Assembly (NCBI RefSeq): GCF_000150275.1
Contig: NW_002060955.1
Coordinates: 660,886-724,885, forward strand
DNA length: 64,000 nucleotides
Reading direction: 5' to 3'
DNA from: Trichoplax adhaerens
Lineage: Eukaryota; Animalia; Placozoa
The number at the start of each line of letters is the position of its first letter. Position 1 is the stretch's first letter. Below are positions 14,881-27,300 of this stretch, one piece after another. Position numbers and translations under genes: made by a program. The notes under the pieces were generated by a model. That model made no database searches, was not told the DNA's origin, and worked only from the letters and a program-made list of their open reading frames with translations.

Positions 14881-16149
14881 ATAACATATATATAATAGGG
14901 CAATGGCCGTAGCACAGTTAGTCGACTAGCGCCATTAGCGCTACATAGCAGATTCCACATGAAATGATTACTTTAAAATGGATCAACTTAAGCCAAAGGT
15001 ATCCAAAAAGCAAACTAGACTGATATTATATATATATTTATACACAAACTATATTCTAACAGTCAATTTGCTATTCAAAATCAATTTGAATACGCTTTTT
15101 AATACAATTTCTGGAACATTATGGCAATTCTTCTTCACCGAAATCATGTCGATAGAGAGACTATAGTAGGTAGAAACTTATAAAATACACTTCAAATAGG
15201 GAAAGCATAAGGATTTCGCCTTTTCAACGTCTTTGCTAGACACATGAAGACTAACCTCCCAAAGAAAGTAAAATCTTACTAGATTAGGTAATAATTGTAA
15301 AAAAAGAAGGTAATGAGAAAAGGAACAAAGGCATTTTACTGGTAATTTAGCCTTTTAGACGCATACCTAGCAACTAATTTGCCTTTCCTTACAAGTGTTG
15401 GAATTGACATTTCTAATAGTAAATATAGCGTAAGCCTACTTCTATCTAATTAGAGAGTACATAATGAAGGCAGATTATCCACTAATTCTTGTCTAAATAA
15501 GCATGTTCAACGAATCTACTGCCAAACTATACTGTAAGCTTGCAATCCACTCAGATTGAGAGGATTCGTTTTCTAGCGAATTGAAAACGGGTACATTAGG
15601 ACGTACCATGGAAAAAGTCCAAATAAATTAATCTAAGACTTATTTGGAGCTTGTATCATATTTATATTATTGATTAGACAGAGAGAAGAGAGTAAAAAAA
15701 TCGATATCAAAATATCAAAACAGTTAAATGTCATAATTGGATATAAGAAAATAACTTTCATCTTCTCTCTATACTTGGATATAAAATTATAATTATTTAT
15801 TGTAGCTAAATTCACAGCTTGATTTACCAGGCATTCATCAAGATTATTGTCTACTTTTAGTAATATAACAAGCAAATTGTATACTCTTTTCTCTTGATAC
15901 TATTATCATCATGGTGAAAATGGAATAGTAATCGTAGTGGAGGATACTATAGAAGGGATAGACTAAAAAATATCCAGATAGAAATGTTTGCCTAGGTTGT
16001 CAGAGTTAAATGAATTTTCCAAGGTTAACAACGATAGAAAATTAGCGTTTATGGCTATAAGATGAAATCTGAGTAGTATTTTCTCTCCCCTTATACCTCT
16101 TCTCATGGTAATGAATAAGTCATTATGACATGGATACAGCAAAAATAAG

Positions 16150-17630
16150 TTGGATAATAGACCTAAAAGGTTTCAAAAGCCAGCTTACAGCCATAAAAAA
16201 TCCTTAATTAGATAGAATTATTCATTATTTTGGGCCAGTAAACTACTCCTCGAAAAGCTACTGTAACCGAAGTAAGACCTCTGGCTATCAAAGTACTATT
16301 TATGCTTCATAAGCTAGTCTATAGATATGAAAAAATTTCCCTTAGCCCTTTAAAAAGGAATATTCTTTATATTGAGCCAGTAAACTACTCGATTGAGAAG
16401 TTGCTGTAATCGAATAAGACCTCTGACTATCAATGGGCAATTTAGGCTTCAAAAGCCAATCTATAACGATGGAAAAGTTTCCTTAAAAAAGTATAATCTT
16501 CGTTGTAAGTTAATAAACGACTCGATCAAGAAGCTACTATAATTGAATAGGACCTCTGGCTATCAAAACACTAGTTAGGTTTTAAAGTCAGCCCATAAGG
16601 AAAAACAGTTTCCTTGGGAAGGAATAACTTTCATTTATGAGTCAAATAAATTACTCATTCAAGTACTCTAGCAGCTGTAATTGGATAACTCCTCTCTCAA
16701 TCAAGGTGTTATGGAGGTTTTCAAAGCGAGTCAATAACGATGAAAACTTTCCTTGGAAAGAAATATTCATCATGTCGAGTTAGTAAACCACTCAGCCGAG
16801 TAGCCACTAGAAAGAATAAAATCTCCGGAGATGAAAGCATTATTTTATCAGAGCTTGAGCGGAAAAGCTATAAATAAGTTGGAATTTAGGAATAAATCAC
16901 TTCAAAGTGAATGCTGTAACGATGGAATAGTCATCGTGTTGAGTAAGCAAACCACTTTATCAAGTAGCATTAGAAAGAATAAAATTTCTTAAGATCAAGA
17001 TGATATTTTATCCAGACTTGAGCTTAAAGCAACAAACAAGTATGATCATAGCCACGAATAACTTCAAAGTCAGTAAATTAGTTAATAGCGTAGGTACTAG
17101 AAATAGGATAACATCTCTCGAGATGAAGCTGCTATTTTATCAGAGCTAAAGCGAAAACGCAATAAACAAGTTGGATAATAATCACGATCAACTTCAAAAT
17201 TAACAACGAAGGAATATTCATCATGTCAAGTCAGTATAGCACTCATTTGAGTAGTTAATAGAAAAGGATAAAATCTCTCGTGATGTAGGTATTATTTAGT
17301 CCGAGCTTAAGCAGAAAAAGCAATAAAGAAGTTGAATAATAATCATGATTAACTTTAAAGTTAATAACGAAGGATTATTCATCATGTCAAGTCAGCAAAT
17401 CACTCAATCAAGTAGTTATTAGAAAAAGATGAAGGTGCTACTTTGTTAGAGCTAAAGCAAAAAAGCGATAAACTAGTTGGATAGCAGACATGAATAACTT
17501 CAGAGTCAGTTTATTTTGGTGAAGAAAGCATTTTCTTGGAATAAACATTCATCATCCTGGGTTAACTACCAACTTAATCAAGTAGCTGATGTACTAGGAT
17601 AAGATCTCTCAAGATCAAGGTACTATTTTA
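16150..17630. repeat. Degenerate tandem array, unit drifting from ~135 to ~160 bp
   Basis: agtaaactactc-like anchor at ~16237, 16379, 16512, 16645, 16782, 16945, 17234, 17394. Left copies carry gacctctggctatcaa; right copies carry tattttatcagagctt...aataaacaagttgga...taacttcaaagt. Confidence 0.8.
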
Positions 17631-19179
17631 CCCACATTTTAGTATATTTGCAATCATAGGCTCGAGTTCATTAATTATCGGCTAGTAAAATTATGTACTC
17701 GCATTTATCGCATCTAACATGAACATGATATGGATACAAGCTCACTTTAGATAGAATTCTAGCTCCTTCTCCTAGCATAGTTTGTTTATGTCGGTGAGGA
17801 GATTGATTCATTCCAACATGGCTGATCTATTTTTGTGCGATAGTGTCGTAGAGCTATAGTATTGTGGAAGGAACAAGTTGGTTTGTAATTTAAATTTTTA
17901 ACTAATTGTTCCTAGACCAACCAAAATATATAGTACTCGCCTCGAAAGAGAGTGTATACTCGAGATCGAGAGAGAAAGTAGAATAGACAATCATCAGGGA
18001 TTTGTGTATAGCCTAGCCGACAAAACTATAGATAGTATATCTTACCTTGAGGGATAAGACCATGAGTCCAATAGCTCTAGAATTTTTTATACTTTACTGA
18101 TTGCCAATTTATATAGAAGTAAGGTGGAAAATAAAGGATTGATTGCAGTGCAAATCTTCACGGCAATTAATTTTCCGTTATAGCTAGAGGGATATAACCA
18201 ATTTAGGAATACTATAGCTCTAATCAGTCGAATTTGGAGGGCGCTAACTCTTCTTCTTCGTCTTCGGCTTCTCCTCCTCCTCCTCCCTCTTAATAGTTTG
18301 GATGTTGTTGATATTACTCAATCTTAATAGCTAGCAATTATTGGTTAGCGTCGTTGAATAGTTTTACCACTCATGGCTTCTCTGTCTTTTCCAACGGCAT
18401 GCGCATGGACCATGTGATTTCAACAGCTGTATACTATTAACCCTATAGGGAAAAAAGCTACTTGTCAAGAATAGGAATACAATTCAAAGTTTGGACAATA
18501 AAGTCAATTATCATTTTAATATATGTTTAAAGAGTAAAATAGAGTTGATCAACTCTTATTGAAAGAATAAAATTATCATAAAAGCAAGAAGAAATTTGCG
18601 GCAATCACCTACTCTATCCAGTATTATTGCATTCATGTCAGGGTAATAAGTCTATCCGCTATCAGAAAAAAAGAAGCGTTCGAATGATAAGAATAGAGGA
18701 TAGAATAGAGATCATGTTTGCCTTTTGATATAGTCTGTTAATAGATTGATAGCAGAATCGCCACTGTTACATGACATCAATGACTAAGAATTTAATTTCA
18801 AATAGAAGTTGATGATATTGAAAGATGCGATGACAATAGACAATCACTAGAGAAATACGAAATATTCCATGTCATCATCATCTTCAATAGATGATCAATA
18901 GCTGTCAATGTTATTTTTATTTCTTTTTTTATATAGCTAATCCTTAAAATGTTTTTGAAAAATTGTAATTTTAATTTCAATTGGAAGAATGAAAGGGATA
19001 GGAGAATACAATGCATCCACGGACTATCCATAAGCTTTTCAAGTTGTTCTACTGTAGTCATCATCATTAAATTATACTTAGAAAAATACTTGCTACAATT
19101 AAAATGGATTGCAACTTGTAGTAGACAGGTATCTATTCTTTTTCTTTAATACTCTCTTCAATAAGTAAATTTAGTTTCA

Positions 19180-20600
19180 ATTCTAAAACTTGAACTAAAG
19201 ATAGGACAGATTAACATCTAGATCATACGACAAACGGCTGATCATGTTGCTATCGAGAAGAGTTGTACCTCGAGAGGGTAACTAGTCAAATTGGCTTAAA
19301 ATGAATTTGAAACTGGGATTGATGACTAAGATAGTACATTCCAATTTTACTGTTAAGCTAAAGATAAAATAGGCTAATATATAGATAACTAGTATAGACT
19401 ATAGGAAATATGCTTGATCATGTCGCTTTCGAGAATTATACTGCTATGATAACACTCTATCGATCGGGTAACTTGACAAGTTTGCTTAAAATAAACTTAA
19501 AAATAGGATGGATGGCTATGGTAGCACATTCTAATTCTTACTCTTAAGCTAAAGATAAAATAAGTTAATATATAGATAACTAGTATGGATAATAAGACAA
19601 ATGGTTAATCATGTCGCTATCGAGAAAATTAGACCGCGATGATGACACTCTATCGATCGGGAAAATTGCTAAGCTTGCTTAATATAAATATGAAATTAGG
19701 ATGGATGGTTAAGGTAGTACATTCTATTTAAATACGCTTGATAAACATAGAAAATTGATTACCATCCTTGATGTAATGCAGCAGTGCAGTGTTTCATTAA
19801 AGATTACGAGAAACAGACAATTTTGGTTGCGAAAGGATTAATTTTAAGATCGAGATGATCTCAATTTCGGCTTAGAACGACGAAAAGCTATGATTTAAAA
19901 CAGCTTTAAGCAGAGAGGAGAGTTAGAGAAAGTACTTAAAGCTGCCTAATCGATAATTTTAATTTTGATTCTTACGTTGAACTAAAGATACTCCAAATTA
20001 ACATCTCGATAATGTCAGCCAAGATTGAAGGCGTAAAGTTATTTTAGCAGCGATGAAGTAACGTAGTATTAACTTAAGATTTAAGATAAACAACAATTTT
20101 CAGTCTAGAAATGATGATAGATTAATAAAGCTATAATTGAAAAATCCATAGGGCAAGGAAAGAAGGCATAGACATACTTAAATTTTTCGATTGAAATTGA
20201 CAGAAGTCGATAAATACACAGCCTCAATTTATATTCTCACTTTAAGCTAAAGATAATTGGGGTTAACATCTAGATATTATTGCGAATGATTGTTCATATT
20301 ACTATCGAGAAAAATTTATAAGTTTAGTTTTGAAATTGACGGAAATGTTTGAGATAAACGAAGATTGACGAAAATGACAATAAATTAATATTGATAAGAT
20401 TCATAGTAATTTTAACTACGATGAAGTAATGACGTATTTATTTTAAGAATAACATGGAGAAGAATTTTTGTACATACAATATTTATGATTATGACCGATT
20501 AATGAATGCTAAGTAGTGAAGCAGCTATTAGTAGAGAGAGAAAATATAGGAATTATTATTGCTTAAAGTTTATTGAAGTTGACGGAAATACTCGAGAAAA
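19180..20600. repeat. Degenerate tandem array, ~160-190 bp unit, decaying to the right
   Basis: aagctaaagataa anchor at ~19193, 19355, 19546, 19980, 20244; near-identical aatatatagataactagtat and acactctatcgatcggg pairs; atcatgtcgct.tcgagaa repeated. Confidence 0.75.
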
Positions 20601-21860
20601 ACAGAGGTGAGAATTCAAACTGCATTAATTACAATGATATAGCTGTAGAGATTAGTTACGGTACGCCATTACTCTAACTCTTCAAAATCAATTCCTACTA
20701 CCAGATATATTTGACTTGTTATTAGCACTACTATTTTTATTATCGCATTGTCATTGTTAAAATTTGCTGGTAATTAATATAAATAACATTGGGATAGTTC
20801 TGGCTACGATAATGTAGCTTCTAATTTGAGGCTAACGATTAGTATATTAAATTAAAAAGGATAGAAGTCAAAGCACTTCTAATTATGGCGGTGTAGCTAT
20901 AGAAAACACTCAAATCTTGGATGACTTGTGTTAATCTTAAATTGAAATAGATTTAAAGTATATCACATAATTAGAGATGGGAAATTAGTCTTTCCATTCA
21001 TATTTAAGTATACGCATATTATTATAAAAAGTATTCGAACCACTATTATTACTGCTGTATCACTTCTGTAGCTTGAAATATTTCTTGCTTTTACAATTAA
21101 TGTTAATATAGGATGGATGGAAATTATAGTAAATGAATATGATCAAGATTCAACGCAGTTTTCCTCTATAGCTATATTAACTAGCATTAATATTTGTATA
21201 GGAACAACAGTAACCATAAAAGATAACTAAGGATAGATTTGAAGCCTTGATATAATGCAGTTATAGAAAATTCTTAGACTAAATATCACTGAGATTTTTT
21301 TGCTTGTTGATCATATCGCTGCCAAAAGTAGAATATACTCTTATTATGGCTATAAAATCATATCTTTTACAGCTAAGTTCTTGCTTAAATGTAATTTTAA
21401 AATCAACATAGGGATAATGGTCGATAAGTGAATCGATTATCTAACGCAGGTGACATTCTGAGCTTTAACTATGCTTGTGTCACTGCTAAAAGTCATTCTA
21501 TAAAAGTTATCAATTTTTAGGGGATATAATTTGCAGCTGGATCATATCATGTATCTTGCATTCTGTACTACTGAATAAAAGGTAAGAAAATGCTCTATCT
21601 TACAGGCTATTTACAGTTTCCTTTTAGTGGAAATATCGCAAATAGAATCAAGTTAGATTTCAAAGAGATGAAGACATGTAGGTACGGCACTATTATTTTG
21701 TGATTATTATATTATTGTACTGAAGAGTGATGTATCTGTAATTATTAATTTGCAAAAAAATCATGATAGCTAAAAAGTAGATGTTGAAGAGTTATAAATA
21801 ATATTGCATATTTCATTTCTATAGCTTATCGTCAAAGATAATTTAGAAAACGTACCGCGC

Positions 21861-22230
21861 TTAAAATTTGATTTAAGTAACAAGAATAAACATACATAAA
21901 GAGTTAAATTCGAAATAGAAATACTGTACTATGATGACCAATTAGTGGGACTAGAAGAAACGTGTATGAAAACAAATTTCATACATGATTAATAGATTAT
22001 CCTGGAAAGAGAATAACTACCCTATAGGAATTATAATTAACGAGGTCGTCTTTAAAATTTGTATTAAGCTGCAATAATAGATATACTTCAAGAGTTAAAT
22101 TCGAAATAGAATACTATGATGATCAATTACTAGTACTAGAAGAAACGTATGTTAAGACGTAAATTTTATGCATTATTAATAGATTATGCCGGAAAGTGAA
22201 TGGCTACCTTATAGGAATCATAATTAATGA
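21861..22230. repeat. Two-copy direct tandem duplication of ~185 bp
   Basis: ttaaaatttg...aagagttaaattcgaaatagaa...ctatgatga.caatta....gactagaagaaacgt...attaatagattat..ggaaag.gaat..ctacc.tataggaat.ataattaa present twice, starting ~21861 and ~22052. Confidence 0.85.
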
Positions 22231-24316
22231 GTCATTATTATAATGTTGTCATTATTATTGTTATTGCAACTTATTTTATATAATTTTCTTCGTGCGATAA
22301 AGTAAATACATCACAAATCATAATATCATTATTGCAGTATTATTATTGTAGCGGCTTATTACTGCATGTAAAGATGATAAACAGGTAAAATACACGACTA
22401 CTATTATAATATAAATATTATGTGTATTCTATTCATACAGCTACTGATTACCAAAATCAGATAGGCGAATTGATGCTATTGGTAATTTAAGCCCGATTGC
22501 TACATAGGTTAAATGATTTTTGGCTACAAATTTAATTTGATTCTGCGCAGACTCAAGATGAGCTTAAAACTGATTAATTATTTCATAATCAGAATAATTA
22601 ATCTATCATTAGTATATGAAATTATACTGCAAATATTACTAGATTGATGTTAAGATTGAATCAAAAATTTTGATATGCTCAAATCTAAGTATATACTTCA
22701 TCTATATTAAATCATGTATAACTTATGTTCTGGTATATCTTAGAGCTAATGATATGTGTAACAGACTAAAGTACAAGAAGAAACCGTCATCCTATCTCTT
22801 TCATAGTTACTTTCTACTGATTTATGTCCATGAATAGGAGGAGCTGATTTATTTTATTTTATTGCGAATGATTAGGGTGATTATTATCCAATAAAAATTT
22901 GCGTAGTCTAATTAAATCGTTCGTTACTTAGGTATCGAAGCTTAAAAACTGAAAATTGTAATATGAAAAATATTTTATTAAGGAAAATATTAAAAGTTCC
23001 AATTTCAATATCTATGGCGGTACTATAAGTTTTATAAATGCTATATCTTAGATATAAATGCAAGATGTATTAAGACTATTTGTCATAGCTGGAATATCCT
23101 TATGTATCTAATTTTGTAAGATTAATCAAATTTAAAATAATAAATTGCATTAAAAGCAGTCTTATATCAGCTAACAAATTTTTTGCCGAATAGTCTAAGG
23201 CGAATAACTCTTGCTAGCCAATCTAAACTTTAACTAGTATGAGCTCACAGCACCATCTAATTGGAATATCTTCGCGTGAAATGTTACATCTGCAGCCAAT
23301 TGTTGTAAAGGTTGCCTTATGTAATGTAGTTCTATTCGTAGGCTACTATGATAAAGGTAACGTTTATATATGCATCTATCTTCGATTATTCTGAACAAAG
23401 GTAGATGTAGATACCAGGCAGATATTAAACATAAACAGTAATATATACCAATCTCTATTTCTCCTTTACAGTACTCGAAACTTTCATATAGTGTGTTTTC
23501 GTACATTATGAGAACGATTTAGTTAACTTCTATCTGGTTAATCTTGTCAATTTAGTTACACAAAAAAGTTCGGACATTTAATCTATTCTATTTTACTTGA
23601 GCCCATCCTGTTACATTATTTCCTTATCTCATCAAAATATTATGCAATTTTTTCATGTTATTGACTACAATAAAGATCACTATTTTCTTCTCTTAATACG
23701 ATAACCTACTTGAAACCCTTGCTATCGCGATGTATGAGCAGTTTTAACAAATGCCACACAAAGTATTACCGCTACAACAAAATTAAGTCCAATGGCTAAC
23801 TGCTTAGCCTTGAAATACAACTTTTACATCTAATTCTAACTACAAAATTTATACTATCCAAGTTAAATTTTATTTTATTGCAAGCTCATTGTACAATCCA
23901 ATTGCAATACCCTTATATGAAATATTACATCGGTAGCTAACTACCACAGTTAAGCGAAATTAAAATTATCTATTTACAAATTGTAATACAATAAAGATAT
24001 TGCGTTGACTAGAGCAACATCCAATCCAATTACGAAACTCTCGATATGTTAATTCGGTTATAACAGCAGACAGTTATAAAATGATAACGAATGCTCGTTT
24101 CAATTCAAGTTATTGAATTACCAGATCTTTTAGTTATAATGATAATAATATCGAAAAATAAATTTGTAAATTGTATTTGTAATGAAAAATCGTTAATAGG
24201 CGGATAGATAGATGGATAAATTGACAGATAGCATATAAAGTATTAGGCAACGTAAAGAAAGGAAGATCGATCCAATTATTTTAACCATTTATCAATGCCA
24301 TATCCGTTCCAAAAAT

Positions 24317-27300
24317 CTACATAACTTCTTCTTTCATAGATAGAAAGTTTTGCATTTTATGATCGAAATCAATAGGTCTTTCCGTTGGCTCTTTATAATG
24401 TACCGTCATTTTCTCACTTAAATACGTAATTAATTCACAATTTTCTTCAAATTTGCGCAGCTTATCACGATACTTCTTACGTATATATTCATTATTCCTT
24501 GGGTTATTAGCTAAGAGGAATAAAAATATGTATACTATTAAGTGTTGTACACATGTAAACTTGCACATGCTTGCAGATGCGTTAATAATGTTATTAAAAT
24601 GATTCTACTAGATTCTCAAAAGCTACCTTTTAGAAAATATGCCATATAAATATGGGCTGATTGATGAGCATCCAAGAATGGATGTTTCGGCTTGAATGAG
24701 CCAACAGCTGTTAATGATTTTACGGTAATTTCAGCTAATGATTGCTCGAGGTAACCCAATATAGGTAGACCGGTCACATTTATTGGATCTAGCCGAGGAG
24801 GTAGTTTCTTTGGTAGCGTTAATCCGTGGTATTTATTTGGAAGCCTAGCATAGAGATACAAAAACGTGAGTCTGTAGCAAAGAAGTGAAAAATTTTGACT
24901 CCAATAGCACGATAAAATTTGAGATAAAAAGCAAAATCACAAGTCGGTGCACCTCATAAACTTTTCCAATTTATCTTCCGATTCAAAGGAATATATTTTA
25001 CCGTCAAATTCGGCCAATAATTCTGTTTTACCAGGTATAATACTCTCATATCTGATAACAAAATTGTATTAGGTATTATTTAAATCATACTTCTATAGCC
25101 TCGGCTAATATCATTTTCATATAGCAGTTTATCCTATTTTCATCTTTTGTAGCATTTTACCTTTGGTGACCTTCCAAATAAGTAACTGGACAATAACCCT
25201 TTAACTCAATTTCCATCGGAAATTTCGCTTTAACTTCCGCAGGAGTGCGTTTAATTGGTAATAAATGAGGAAGAGGCAAGTTGACAGGAGACTGTGGCGC
25301 AAGAAATTGTTCAGTATTATTAAGAAATTCCTGTAAAGTTTCTTCATCAGCCATTTTATAATACCGACCACGGAATTCAGCTATAATATAAGATAAATTT
25401 TCATGAATTATGAAGTCATAGGAGCATGACCAGTAAGATCGACGTATAATGTATTTACCTCCGTATATTAATTGATTATCGCTATAACAGTCGCGTAACT
25501 CTCCTCGATTAACTAAACTAACTGGGCAATAATGCCGATATTCTCCAAGGCGAGCCTCACATTCTTCAGGCGTTATGCAAAGATTAGCAATAGGTGCAGC
25601 CAGACCTACAAGAAAAATACGTAACAGTTGCTGTTAGTATACCTTTATTGCTATGTATGTTTTCCGTGTTTAATATTCTTACCACTGTGGGATTAATAAC
25701 AATTTTTTTACCTTTAGAAATTCTTTCGGTGTATATTTGGATTTGTTGAATACTTTTTATGGCAATTTCGGAAGCGGTATTCCATACTAACCATTTAGAT
25801 GCTTGGCCATTGATAGGATACCAGTTGAAATGACGTTTATGGTACCATTGTTTCACCGGTATAACTACTTTTCTCCAATATTTCAATCTTAAGCTAAATA
25901 TTCTGGAGCTGTCGTGTAATGGTAACACTCTGTATAGATGAGGGAAATAGTTAGTAGAATATCTTTAATCTGCGGTAACACAGATTAATACTATATATAT
26001 ATATATATGTAACATAACAATATATGTAATATCATTTTGAAACGGTAGGGAGTTTTTACCTATCTTTGGAACGGCGGTCCATAGCAGCTCGACGTTTTAG
26101 CTCTTTATCTTCAACATCAAGCTCAATAATTTTAACTGGAAGAATTTTTCGTTCATTCATTAATTCAACTTGTTTCTTGGTACTAGGGAAACCATCTAAC
26201 ACAAATCTATTTAAGCAAATGGACATAATTATTTATTTTGACAGACCAGATTATTTAAGGTTTTTATAACAAAATTAATTAACTTTAAAATATAGTTTAT
26301 ATATTTTATTTTATTACCCTCTAGTTTGACATGTTACATTCAGTAAGGCATTTTCTAACGCTTGAATGCCTAAAGCATCAGGTACAGTTTGTCCGACGTA
26401 AAGATATTCATTTATTTCCTTTGCTAAGGTGCTTGTACTTTGCTTCTCCAACACTAATCGTATGGCTTCTCCCATCGATAATCTCAAAACTCCATAGTCT
26501 GCTACAAATCGATTAGCAACTACAAGAAATTGTGATAATAATTATTAACTTGTTAATGGCATTGAAATCCTTAACATAATAGCGAGTATGAAAGGCATGG
26601 AGTAGATTATTGGATCCTTCAACAGTACGCTGCAGTAAATTATTACTCATTTTTATTTACTATCAGATCAAAACTTACGTGTTGTTTTGCCGGATTTAGG
26701 TGGGCCAACAATAGCTATTTGGAAAGGTATAACTGGACCTGGTGGAGATTGATGGATGTATTTGAGAGGATTATCTATGAATCGTTGTCTTGCATCTTCA
26801 GATGAAAGGTAATAAACATGAGAACGATGGACAACAGGATAAGTTGATACACCAGGACCATGCAACGGCTGCACAACTTCCTTATCGAACAGCTACATTT
26901 AGATACCAAGTCAAAAAGAGATATAATTTTAAGTATATTATCTCCGATACTGAAAGGCTTGCGATAAAATACTAACTTTAACTGGACACCACCATCCAAA
27001 TTGGCTAGATTGCTTATATCCTGTTTCAATTATTTGCCTTGAAAGCCTAAAGTCAACGGGATGACACTTTTCCAATAGGCTTGTACGATTTTCAGTGTAG
27101 GGCTTGAGCAGTTTATTTAAGAGATAACGAACAATGTGAGGTTTACGGCCAGAAGTTACTTCAGATTTTGGCATCCAGACCTCTTCCATTGCTTCCTGTT
27201 ATAGTTATAACGAAAAGCATGTCAACAATTTAAACTTATACACTCTACTTCACCCTAATAATACAATGTTAGCTAGCAGTATACCTGGACTAAACTTAAG

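Noticed and set aside
14927-14943. TAGCGC-catta-GCGCTA mini-hairpin at array end as a Helitron terminus
   Set aside because: Only 6 bp, no CTRR at the expected spacing, no other element features.
23234-23506. 90-aa minus-strand ORF and other short ORFs in 9.9-19 kb, 48-51 kb and 62.4 kb
   Set aside because: AT-driven I/L/F/Y composition, no motifs, no consistent splice context.
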